A stretch of 64,000 nucleotides of DNA from an uncultured delta proteobacterium (GTDB lineage Bacteria > Myxococcota_A > Polyangia > Fen-1088): the NCBI GenBank assembly GCA_963737265.1, contig CAVTRY010000013.1, positions 224,001 to 288,000 on the forward strand. Reading direction: 5' to 3'. This document shows positions 39,687 through 50,200 of this stretch, one piece after another. Every line of letters begins with the position of its first letter. Within the stretch, counting starts at the first letter, position 1. A model generated the notes under the pieces. That model saw only the letters and a list, made by a program, of their open reading frames with translations, searched no databases and was not told the DNA's origin. The translations under genes were made by a program, and so were the position numbers.

Positions 39687-42600
39687 AGGCTTTGCCGGCC
39701 GGGTCGCACAGACCTTTCTGCGCAGCAAGCTCACCCCGCTTATCGTCGTCGCCTCACTGTTGCTTGGTCTAGCGGCGGTCTTCCTCACGCCTCGTGAAGA
39801 AGAGCCACAGATCGTTGTGCCCATGGTGGACGTCATCGTGCCCATGCCTGGTGCCACGCCGGTCGAGGTGGAATCCCAACTGACGACACCGCTCGAACGC
39901 CGCATGTGGGGCTTGCCAGGCGTCGAGTACCTCTACAGCACCAGCCGCCCCGGGGCCGCCCTGCTCACGATTCGCTTCAAAGTGAACGAGCCTCTCGAAC
40001 CCAGCCTGGTGAAGGTCCATCAAGAACTGGCGGCCCACCCAGAGCTCATGCCTGCCGGTGCACTCCAGCCGGTCGTTCGTTTGCTGACCATTGACGACGT
40101 ACCGTTCTTGAACCTGACATTGCACGGTGAAGACCAGGCACCCGGTGTTCTGCGGGCTGTGGCCGACGAGGTGGCGCGCGAATTGGCCGATGTGCCGCAG
40201 ACCGCCCAGGTGCACGTACTCGGCGGCGCCCGTCGCGTGGTTCGCATCGAACCCGATCCCGAACGGCTACGAACGCTACAAGTCTCGCTTGCCGAATTGG
40301 ATCCGGCTCTGCGTGCCTCGCAGGCCCAGCTGCCCGCGGGCGCGCTGGTCGACGCCAACAGGCGGGTTGAACTGGAAGCCAAAGGTTACGCGCTGTCGGC
40401 CGCCGACTTGCGCCGCGTAGTCGTGGCCACGCGCGGAGATCGCCCGGTCTATTTGGAAGACGTGGCGCGCGTGACGGACGGTCCCGAACCCGAGCCCGCC
40501 ATCGTCGTGACGGCCAAGAAGGGGCAGTCCGGCTTCGAGCAAGCGGTGGCCATTGCCGTGGCCAAGCGGCCGGGTACCAACGCCACCGATCTGGCGACGC
40601 GCGTGCTCGGTAAGGTCGAGGCACTCAAGGGCCGGCTTATCCCCTCGTCGATCACCGTGGATGTAACCCGCAACTATGGCGAAACGGCCGGCGAGAAGTC
40701 GAACGAGCTCATCGAGCACCTCCTCATTGCCACGCTTTCCGTCATCGCGCTCATCTTGCTCGCCATGGGCTGGCGCTCGGCCGTCATCGTGGCCATCGCG
40801 GTCCCGGTCACGCTAGCGCTGACCCTGCTGCTCACGTACCTGTTCGGCTACACACTCAACCGCGTCACACTGTTCGCGCTCATCTTCTCCATCGGCATCT
40901 TGGTGGACGACGCCATTGTGGTGGTCGAGAACGTGCACCGGCATCTCTATCTGCCCGGACCCAAGCGCAGCTTCGCGCGCACGGTGATTGACGCCGTGGA
41001 CGAAGTCGGTAACCCGACCATCCTAGCCACCTTCGCCGTTGTCGCGGCCATCCTGCCGCTGGCCCTCGTGCGCGGCCTCATGGGCCCGTACATGCGGCCC
41101 ATTCCCATCGGTGCCAGCGTGGCCATGATGTTCTCGCTGGCAATTGCCTTCATCGTCAGCCCCTGGGCGGCCATGATCGTCTTTCGCAAGAAGGCACATT
41201 TGCCCGACACGGACGAGACGGGGCTACACCCCGCGGATCCAAGCTACGAGGCTCCCTCGCCAGAAACCGACGACGTCACGGCCCACCCCGAGTCGCGACC
41301 AGAGACCATTTGGACGCGCATGCACCGGACCATCACACGAGAGCTGCTGGGATCCACCGGCGCCCGCTGGGCTTTCGTGGGTGGACTGGTGGTGCTCTTG
41401 GGTGGTGCGGCAGCTTTGGTCGCGGCTGGCACGGTCAAGGTCAAGATGTTGCCCTTCGACAACAAGGCCGAGTTCCAGGTTCAGCTCGACATGCCGGCGG
41501 GAACGCCCCGCGAAGACACCTTCGTTGTCGGCCAAGCCCTGGCGCGCCGGGTGCTCGATGAGCCGGAGGCGCTCGACGTCCAGGTCTATGCAGGCGTGGC
41601 CGCGCCCTTCACCTTCGTCGGCATGGTTCGCCATAGCTTCTTCCGGGATGCGCCCGAGCAGGTCGACTTGCAGGTCAACCTGGTGCCGAAGGGCAAGCGC
41701 AAGGCGCAAAGCCACGCCATCGTCATGCGCCTGCGGCCCGCCCTGGAAGCGATTGCCAGCGCCAAGGGTGGCCGGCTCAAGTTGGTCGAGATTCCGCCGG
41801 GTCCTCCCGTGCTCGACACCCTGGTGGCGGAGGTCTACGGCCCCAGCACTGCCGAGCGCGATCGCTTGGCGCAGAGACCCTGGCCGCTTTTCACTCCACC
41901 GTGGGTGTCGTCGACATCGATTCGACCCTGAACCCGACCTCGCCCAAGATTTCCATCGAAATCGATCGAGAAAAGTCCGCCCTGCACGGGGTTGCGCCCA
42001 CCGCCGTCGTGCAGACCTTGGCCGCGGCCGGGTATGGCGCGCAACTGGGTCTATTCCACGGCGGACACGGCGCAAACCAGAATCCCCATCATCCTGCAAC
42101 TCGCACCGGCCCAGCGCAGCCGCATCGATCAACTGTTGCAGTTGACTGTTCCCGGTGTTCGCGGTCCGGTCCCACTCTCCGAACTGGTGCATACCACCGC
42201 TGGGCTCGCCGACCCCGACATCTTCCACAAGAACCTCATGCCTGTGTCCTACGTCTTCGGGGACCTGGCCGGTAGCATTGAAAGCCCGGTCTACGCCCTG
42301 GCTGCCCTCAACAAGAAGCTCGACAACCTCCGCAGCGCCTCGGGCGAAGTTGTGCCGCGCTTCGGGCTCAACCTGCCCACCGATACCGAACACTCTTCGC
42401 TCAAATGGGACGGCGAGTGGCACATCACCCTGGAAGTGTTCCGCGATCTCGGCCTCGCCTTCGCGGCGGTGCTGATTCTCATCTACGTTCTGGTCGTCGG
42501 CTGGTTCCAGAGCTTCACGGTTCCGCTGGTCATTCTGGTTCCCATCCCGCTGTCACTCATCGGAATCATTCCCGCCCACTGGGCGATGGGGAGCTTCTTC

Positions 42601-43001
42601 ACCGCGACCAGCATGATCGGCTTCATCGCCGGAGCCGGCATCATCTTACGCAACAGCATCATCTTGGTGGACTTCATCGAGCTGAAGTTGCGCGAGGGCA
42701 TGCCGCTGGCCCTGGCCGTCGAGGAAGCGGGCGTGGTCCGATTTCGCCCCATGGTGCTCACCGCGGCCGCCGTTTTGGTCGGCAGCGCAGTCATGCTGGC
42801 CGATCCCATTTTCCAGGGTTTGGCCATCGCACTCATGGCCGGCCAAGTGGCGGCGACCTTGCTGTCTCGCTTGGCCGTCCCGCTTCTTTACTTCGTGCTG
42901 GCTCGCCGCGGTCGTGCTGCCGAGTTGCAACGTGAAGGCGCCCGCAACCTGCCCACCGAACTCGCCAACATCATCCCCTTGTCTCGAACCGGGAGCACGC
43001 C

Positions 43002-43232
43002 ATGACCATTGACCGTATCGTCTTCGCAGTGGCCGGTTCACTCGTGCTTCTGAGCGTGGTACTTACCCTCGCCGTCAGCCCTTGGACCAACGGCAAGGTG
43101 GTGGTGCCTGCCCTCAACGCCTTGCACATCGACCTCGCCATCCCGGGCAACTGGGAGGTGGTCTATGGGATCCCGGCGCTGCTCGAGCGCTCACGCGAGC
43201 TCAACTACCCGATCGTGGTAGATGGTCGCTAG
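43002..43232 (+). pseudogene. DUF2892 N-terminus fused by deletion to a 5'-nucleotidase/SoxB-like fragment
   Basis: [25 protein letters not shown] (GxC motif missing), then ALNALHIDLAIPGNWEVVYG...ELNYP. Confidence 0.5.
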
Positions 43233-44888
43233 CTAGGTTTCCCAATTGAAGCCGCCCTCGGCCACCATGCTCATGTGGCCGCCGGTCACGTTGGCGACGT
43301 CGGCGAAGCCGTGCTGCTTGAGAATGCGGACGGCCAGATGGGCGCGAAAGCCCGACCGGCAGTGCACGACGATGCGCCTATCCTTGGGCAGGCGATCGAT
43401 CTCGAAGCGCAGGTCGTCCACCGGAAGGTGCATGGCTCCAGCAAGATGAGACGCCTCGTACTCGCCGAGGGTTCGGACGTCGAGAACGAGGGGCGGCTTG
43501 GGCGTGGCTAGCTCGGCCTTGAGCTCTGCCGCCGACACGAGCGGGCTGAATCCCGAGAGATCGTTCTGACCGATGAACGCGGCCAGGTTGATCGGGTCGT
43601 TGGCCGTCGAGTAAGGCGGCGCGTAGGCGAGATCGAGCTCGGCCAAATCGTGCAGTGTGAGCTTGCCGGCAAGCGCGGTGGCGAGCACGTCGATGCGCTT
43701 GTCGACGCCGGCCGGGCCGAATGCCTGGGCGCCGAGCAGTCGAGCGGTCTTCTTGTCGTAGATGAGCTTGAGCGACAGCTCTTCGGCGCCTGGGTAGTAG
43801 CCGGCGTGGTGGCCCTTGTAGATGACCGCAACGCCGACGGCGAAGCCGGCCTCGCGCGCCGAACGTTCAGATAAGCCAGTTGCCGCAGCCGTGGCCTCGA
43901 AGATCTTGACGACGCTGGTGCCGAGCGCGCCTCGGTAGGCCATGTCCAAGCCCAGCGCGTTCGAAGCAGCGATGCGGCCCTGACGATTGGCTGGCCCGGC
44001 CAGCGGTACGCGCACGCGCCTGCCCGAGACCTTGTGCAGGATCTCCAGCATGTCACCCGCCGCGTAGATGTCGGGATCTGCCGTGCGCAAATGGTCGTCG
44101 ACCACGAGGCCCCCGGTCGAGCCAATTTCAAGCCCCGCCTTGCGCGCCAGGGTGAGCTCGGGGCGAACGCCAACCGAGAACAGCACCAGATCCGCGGGCA
44201 GGCGGCGCCCGTCTCCGAGCACGACGGTGCTGTCCGCAACCGATTCGACCTTCACGCCCGTCAGCACCTTCACGCCGTTGGCTTCGAGCACGGAGGCAAC
44301 CTGGTGACCGACCTCTGGATCCATGTTTGCCATCACGCTCGGCAAAAGCTCGACCACGGTTGTCGCGAGTCCGCGTTTCTTCAGCGCCTCGGCCATTTCG
44401 AGACCGATGAAGCCGCCTCCGACCACGACGGCGGTGCGGGGCTTGTCCTTTTCGATATAGGCGTGCATTCGGTCCATGTCAGGGACCGTCCATAGTTTGA
44501 ATACGTAGGGCGCGTCAGCCCCGGGCATGGAGGGCGTGATGGGATTGCCACCCTGGGCGAGGATGAGCTTGTCGTAGGCCAGCCACGACTCGCCGCCCTT
44601 GCCGCGCACCAGGACCTTCTTGCCCAATCGATCGATCTCGATGGTTTCGGTTTCGAGCAAGACGCGTACGCCGTAGCGGGCATCGAAGCCCTCTGGCGTC
44701 TGCAGAAGCAGATCAGAGCGTTTGACGATGTCGCGCGAGATGAAGTACGGCAGCCCGCAGTTGGCATACGAGACATAGGGCCCCCGCTCGACCACGGTGA
44801 TCTCGGCCGCTTCGCTGATTCGACGGGCACGTGCGGCGGCGGTCGCTCCGCCCGCAACACCTCCGACGATGACGATTTTGGTCTTCAT
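43233..44888 (-). CDS. CoA-disulfide/persulfide reductase with C-terminal rhodanese domain (CoADR-RHD)
   Basis: GGVAGG, SYANCGLP redox Cys, GGGFIGLE, AYAPPYS, DVRT..EY, HCRSGFRA. Confidence 0.92.
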   Translation of the reverse strand: MKTKIVIVGGVAGGATAAARARRISEAAEITVVERGPYVSYANCGLPYFISRDIVKRSDLLLQTPEGFDARYGVRVLLETETIEIDRLGKKVLVRGKGGESWLAYDKLILAQGGNPITPSMPGADAPYVFKLWTVPDMDRMHAYIEKDKPRTAVVVGGGFIGLEMAEALKKRGLATTVVELLPSVMANMDPEVGHQVASVLEANGVKVLTGVKVESVADSTVVLGDGRRLPADLVLFSVGVRPELTLARKAGLEIGSTGGLVVDDHLRTADPDIYAAGDMLEILHKVSGRRVRVPLAGPANRQGRIAASNALGLDMAYRGALGTSVVKIFEATAAATGLSERSAREAGFAVGVAVIYKGHHAGYYPGAEELSLKLIYDKKTARLLGAQAFGPAGVDKRIDVLATALAGKLTLHDLAELDLAYAPPYSTANDPINLAAFIGQNDLSGFSPLVSAAELKAELATPKPPLVLDVRTLGEYEASHLAGAMHLPVDDLRFEIDRLPKDRRIVVHCRSGFRAHLAVRILKQHGFADVANVTGGHMSMVAEGGFNWET

Positions 44889-44934
44889 GCTCGTACGCTA
44901 GCCCCAAAATGGGATGTCCGCGCGGCCAGGTCTT

Positions 44935-45105
44935 TCACTTGCCCATTCCGCCGCCGGCCAAAAATCCCATCACTGCGCCGAACAGCGTGGAAATGTAGGG
45001 ATTGGACGTGATGGGACAAGCACCGCTGCTACAGCCAACCAGCTTGTAGTAGCCGAAGCCGAGAACTGCGCCGCCAGCGGCGAATGCGACCGTGTGCAAT
45101 ATCAT
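44935..45105 (-). CDS. DUF6132-like small membrane protein
   Basis: GAVLGFGYYKLVGCSSGACPITSNPYISTLFG. Confidence 0.8.
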   Translation of the reverse strand: MILHTVAFAAGGAVLGFGYYKLVGCSSGACPITSNPYISTLFGAVMGFLAGGGMGK

Positions 45106-45199
45106 TGTGTGTTCCCCTTTTCGAACCTTGTCTGTTTCGGCATCGGCGGACGTTCCACCCGGCTGATTGGAGCCAGCCCCGGTCCAAAGGATTCGCGAA

Positions 45200-45361
45200 G
45201 GATTCCTGGTAGAGCCCCTCAAGATCCGCGAGCCGGAGCAATTCGAACTCGTCCAAGGTCATGACAACCTGTTCGAGGGCGTGGATTGGAATCCCCGCGC
45301 GGCTGAACACCGATGCAGCGGGCTTGCCGGCGACTTGGCGGCGGCAGGGAGGTCTGGGCAT
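45200..45361 (-). pseudogene. DUF134 regulator, HTH deleted
   Basis: MPRP..RR.V..P...VF...G...LTLDEFE-like (MTLDEFELLRLADLEGLYQE), then homology stops. Confidence 0.75.
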
Positions 45362-45533
45362 GCATGAACCATAGGGAACGTCGTGGCGGGGGCAAGGTGT
45401 CCGGAACTTCATCGGCGCCTTTGTCTGAAGCGCACGCGCGTACCGCCACGACCGGTGATCCTGAGAGAAGAAGATGTCAGTTGACAACATGGCCAAGTCA
45501 CCACATGCTTGTCTGCGTATCGTGGGGATCTGA

Positions 45534-45920
45534 ATGGCGGCCAAGGGCGACGACACATTTCGACGGCACGCGCGGGTGCTCAAGGCGCTTGCCAATGAGT
45601 CGCGCCTCAAGATCGTCGATCGGCTCTCGAAGGGGGAATGCTCGGTGGGTGAGCTGACCGATCTTGTCGGTTCGGATCGTACGACCATTTCGAAGCACCT
45701 TGCCGTGCTCCGGTCTCACGACATCGTGCGCGACCGGCGCGAGGGGAATGTTGTGTATTACACGTCTGCCAGAAGCTCTTGGGGCGAGCCTTTGGGGTGG
45801 CGGAGACGCCGATGTTACCAACTAGCAGGCTGCGGTTTGCCTTGCCATCACCTGAAGAACTGTCCAAAATTGGACAGTTCTTCAGCAGCCGAGCCAAGGG
45901 CTCGGCCGCAGGTGGGGTGA
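45534..45920 (+). CDS. ArsR/SmtB family regulator (C-terminus probably replaced)
   Basis: LKALANESRLKIV..L..GECSVGEL, ISKHLAVLR, REGNVVYY. Confidence 0.82.
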   Translation: MAAKGDDTFRRHARVLKALANESRLKIVDRLSKGECSVGELTDLVGSDRTTISKHLAVLRSHDIVRDRREGNVVYYTSARSSWGEPLGWRRRRCYQLAGCGLPCHHLKNCPKLDSSSAAEPRARPQVG

Positions 45921-45968
45921 AGTCCGCGAATTTACTTCGCGGACGAGGGGAGGGCAGCGGCCCTCCCT

Positions 45969-46262
45969 TCAAAAATCTTCAAGACGGGTCCATTTATGGA
46001 CACGTCTTGAGGAGACCTGCGCTTTTCCCTTTGGTGCTGCGGGCTGGGGCGTGCTTTTAGGAGGGGCACCACTTGCGCCCAGTTCACGCTTTTGGCCACG
46101 ATGCGACTTAGGATTCGAGCCCGTACCTGTCGCGGATGCCGTCGGCGCGGGGGCAGCTACTTGCGACTGGGCATTCCCAGCCTGGGCAGCGCTCGGCGGG
46201 CTGTGAACCATGACGACAAAAATGGGTGCAAGGAGAACAATCGAGCGACCGATGCTTGACAT
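45969..46262 (-). CDS. Hypothetical secreted low-complexity protein
   Basis: GGAG RBS, signal-peptide-like start MSSIGRSIVLLAPIFVV. Confidence 0.35.
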   Translation of the reverse strand: MSSIGRSIVLLAPIFVVMVHSPPSAAQAGNAQSQVAAPAPTASATGTGSNPKSHRGQKRELGASGAPPKSTPQPAAPKGKAQVSSRRVHKWTRLEDF

Positions 46263-46399
46263 TGGATGTCTCCAAACAGTGGCTCCTACTCTTGGAACAC
46301 GCATGAAACGTGCCTTCCCGGTTTCATTGAAGCAGTCAGGAAGGCACACGGGATATCGCGGTGGGTGACGGGACGAATTCCCGATCAATCGGGAATCCA

Positions 46400-46540
46400 T
46401 CCCGACTCAGGCTGGGGTACCTGGTGGTCTTAATGCTGACCGGTGCGAAGACCTACTTTGGCCGCACCAAGCAGAGCCTGCGCTTGTTCTGGTGCTACAC
46501 GTCCCCCCACTGGGCGGGCTGGTTTCTTGACCGCTGGTCG
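46400..46540 (+). pseudogene. ISL3-family transposase fragment
   Basis: KQSLRLFWCYTSPHWAGWFLDRW resembles the ISL3 KE.F..FW.Y.SP.WA..FLD.W segment. Confidence 0.45.
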
Positions 46541-46561
46541 ATAGCTTCCCGAATCGGCAAG

Positions 46562-46685
46562 TCAGCAAAACCGCCGTGCGCGAACCGCCGCAACGAAGGC
46601 CGCTCCCAAGCCGGGCGAACGTTCGTCGTACCAACGTGCCGCCTCAAAGGCCTCCGCCTCGGCTGGCGGGTTGAAGCGCAGTCGC
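46562..46685 (-). pseudogene. ParE/RelE toxin remnant (no start codon, truncated)
   Basis: RLRFNPPAEAEAFEAARWYDERSPGLGAAFVAAV directly after the antitoxin stop. Confidence 0.7.
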
Positions 46686-46907
46686 CTAGCGGCCACCGAA
46701 ACGCTGCTCGAGGCGGGAGAAGACTTCCTCGGCCGGTACGGTTTTCACGCGTCCGGCGTCCACGTCCTGGATCCGTCGCTGGATTTCCGCCTCCCACTCT
46801 TCCCCAAGATCCCCGTCAAGGCTGGCCCACAGTTCGTTGATGACCTCCTCACGTTCCTTGGGGTCGAGCTGAAGAGCAGCGTCCACTATTTCCTTGGCCT
46901 GAAGCAT
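46686..46907 (-). CDS. Addiction-module antitoxin (TIGR02574-like)
   Basis: ALQLDPKER...LWASLD...WEAEIQRR......G.V..VP.EEV. Confidence 0.82.
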   Translation of the reverse strand: MLQAKEIVDAALQLDPKEREEVINELWASLDGDLGEEWEAEIQRRIQDVDAGRVKTVPAEEVFSRLEQRFGGR

Positions 46908-47261
46908 CGTTTTCTCAATCGTACCACGCTATCGCGGGCGATACCGCCATAGGGTTTCAGCGAGAGGGCTGCGCCGCCTGGACGACGCAGCCTTGAGATC
47001 CGGCCGTTCGGCGGCTAGCTCGTCTTGGCGAAGGGGGTTCTTCGTCCGAGAACTCCTACGCCACGGCGCGACACCAGGTCACCGTACCCGCCATCCCAGC
47101 CTTGCAGGCCGCGTTTTGCGTGCTCGGAACGGCCGGCAGCATCTCTGGCATGTCCTGGAACGCGTGTCTTGACCACGGGCCGCAGTCTACGCCATCAGGT
47201 CCCCGCGGAGGTCGCCTCGATCAGTTCACCCAGTCCTCGCCGCTCTCGGGCTCCCCGGCGG

Positions 47262-50200
47262 CTACCCTCTGTCGTCGACCCTCGCCGCGCCGCCGCTGCC
47301 CTCGCGCACGCGCGACAGCAGATTTTTCGCCGGCACCAGTCGGTCGCGGTTCGACAATCCCATCGAAGGTGGCGCGCTGGGACCGTCCGAAAGCGCGGCC
47401 ATGCCGCGCCGGCCGCGAACTGCATTGTTGAGGAAAACCTCGAGGCGGCGGTTTTGTCCGCCGCTGCCGTCGTAGAATAAACTGACGATGGGCATGTCCA
47501 CGTCGGCCGAGAGCCGGCCGGTGATGGCCGTCGCGACGGTTTCTGGCATACAGCCGAAGGGGGCGCAATTGACCACCATGGCCGCGCCCTGCTGCGCGAA
47601 CTTGATGGCGCGCCCGACGGACAGCTTGCCCTCGCCGCCCAAGTAGAAAGGAATGTAGGGCGTGGCCAGCTCCAGGTACTCCTGGAAGGGCGGCTCGTGC
47701 CGGTCGTCGAGGAAGGGACTGGCCGCCTTCATCAGCTTCTCTTCCCAGTGCTTCATCCAGTGGTAGGTGATGAAGGTGTCCGCCTTTTCCCACGAGAAGA
47801 TCGTCGACGGGAATTCCTCTTTGAAGTTTTCCATCGACGACGTGTAGATGACCCAGTCGGTGATGGGCAGCATCCACGCCTCGCCACCGAAGGTCTCGAT
47901 GGCGCCGATGACGTCCTCGTTGGCGAAGGTGTTGTTGCGCACGTAGATTTCGCCCACCACGCCGACGAGTGGCTTGCGCGGCCCGGCGGTTTCAATCGCC
48001 GCGATCTTCTCGATGGCGGTGCGCAGGGTCGCGGCGATGTCGCCATTCGCTTCGATGGTCTTGGCCAAAGCGTCCGCGCCTTCGTTCACCACGCGGTCGG
48101 TTTCGCCGATTTTCACTTCGTACGGCCGAACCTTGCACTGGGCCTTGAGCAGAATGTCCGCGCACGCGATGGCCTTGAATAGCGTGCGGCGCATGATTCC
48201 GTCGAGCCCCTGGTAGGCGTTGTTCGAAGCCGGCGCCAAAATCGCCACCTCGTCGCCCAAGCCTTCGCGGTCGAGGATCTGCCGGTGCAAGACCGTGTAC
48301 TGACCGAAACGGCACGGGCCCTTGGAGCTCGGCATGAAGAAGGCGTGCTTGCCACCGCGCGGCTGCTCGCGCAGGGTCTTGAGAAACACGCCCAGGGTCA
48401 GCGCGCACGGCAGGCATTCCGAACCGCGGGTCAGCGAACGGCCGAGCTCGAACGATTCCTTGTTCTCATCGGGCAACATGCGTGCGTCGTAGCCGTGCGA
48501 GCGAAAGGCCGCCGCGAACAGGCGCGTGCCGAAAAGATGCATGGGCGGCAGCCAAATGATCCTGTCACGCATGTCCGACGCCTCGGGGCGCGCGGGCGTG
48601 CGCGGACCACGCGGCGGGCGAGGGCGGCGGAGCACGTCGAAGAAGGCCTCGAGGCGGGTCATGTAGCCCGCGTCGGCGCCGTGCTCGTCGAGCTCCAGCA
48701 TCAGCAGTGGCCGGTTGCCCATGATCTCCTCGGCGTAGCTCAGCAGGAAGCTGTCCGGCCCGCACGAGAAGTTGGTGAGATAGACCACGTCCATGGTTTT
48801 GCTCTCGGCGGCCATTTCGAGCACCGCCAAGATCTTCTGACCGTAGCTCCAGAAGGCGTTGCGATAGCGCTCGCCCAAACGACTCAAGTCGGGCTTGATG
48901 AAGTCCATGGGCAGCACGGTGCGGCCGAGATCCGCGATCTTCTGCGGCAATCCCAAGTTGGCGCCAGCGTCGTAGATATTGTAGGGACGACCGACGAGCA
49001 GGATGAGCTTTTCGTCCTTGCTCTCGGCGTCGGCCATCATCTTCGCGCCTTCTTCGTGACAGCGGCTCTCGAAGGCCGCCTGGGCTTCCAGGCCCGCGTG
49101 CCACGCCTTCTTGATCTGGCGCGCCGACCGGCCGAGCTGTCGCGAAAGTCCGTCGCCAAGCGTCTTGATGATGTCTCGTTCGCGCATGCGCATGTCGACG
49201 AGCGGGGTCAGCACGCGCGAGGCATCGATGTGGTTCATCAGGAGCGCCGTCCGCGAGGCTGCGGCGGTGCCCTGCACATACGGGCACACCGTGGTGCCGG
49301 TGGTTTCCTCGTTGGCCGGCGTGTTCTTGACGTGCGGAACGAAGACGAAATCCACGCCTTCCTGCGTGGCCAGCTTGGCCACATGGCCGAGCGCGAGCTT
49401 GGCCGGGAAGCAGAAGTCCGCGCCCGCCATGCGCGTGCCCATCTCGCGAACCTCGTCGGTGGTCTGGCCCGAAAGCTGGACCTTGTAGCCGAGCGTATTG
49501 AAGAAGCGCTGCCACATTGGATAGTAGGTGTAGGTGATGAGCGACTGGGGAATGCCCACCGTGCGCGCATCGTCCGCGACCTTCACGCCGGCGCCCGATT
49601 CGCGCCACAGGCGCTGGCGCAGGCGAAGAGCGCGGTCGTGCGGACTCTTGCGCACCTTTTGCTCGCCCGGATCGCGACCGCACATGTAGCCCCAAGAGGG
49701 CGCGGGCACGTCTTCCACACCTTCGATTTCCGCAAAGGTGATGCTGCAATCGTTTTGGCACAGCTCGCAGGTTTCCTTGCGCAGGCTCACCTTGCGGCTT
49801 TCCAGGTCGAGCCCGTGAAAGCGCGACTTGGTCACACCCATTTCCGCCATGAACTGGCGGGCCAGACGGGCCACGCCAAACGCGCCCATGACGTGGCAGT
49901 AGGGCGAAACCACGACCTCCACGCCAAGGATGCGCTCGAACGCGGCCACCAGCGCCTTGTTGCGGGCCGTGGCGCCCTGGAACATGATGCGCTTGCGACT
50001 GTAGTGGCGGTTGCCCACGACCTTGTTGAGGTAGTTTTTGGCCACCGCGACCAGCACCGCCGCCAGGGCTTCCTCGCGTGTCGCTCCCCCTTCGATGAAG
50101 CGGGCCACATCCTGCTCCATGAAGACGGTGCAGCGATCGGTGGCGCGCGGAGGCTTCACGCCCAGCACCGCGGCGCCCACGTCGGCGACTTTGTAGCCGA

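Larger units (their letters stand above)
37893..43005 (+). pseudogene. AcrB/CusA-type RND permease, interrupted after codon 10 by a mobile element and with two frameshifts (about 41875, 42060)
   Basis: MPAEREIGFA | GRVAQTFLRSKLTPL..TPREEEPQI; GILVDDAIVVVEN; RNSIILVDF; RFRPMVLT. Confidence 0.9.

Noticed and set aside
41870-42065. Programmed frameshifting in the RND gene
   Set aside because: No slippery heptamer; the gene is already IS-disrupted, and the indels resemble others in the window.
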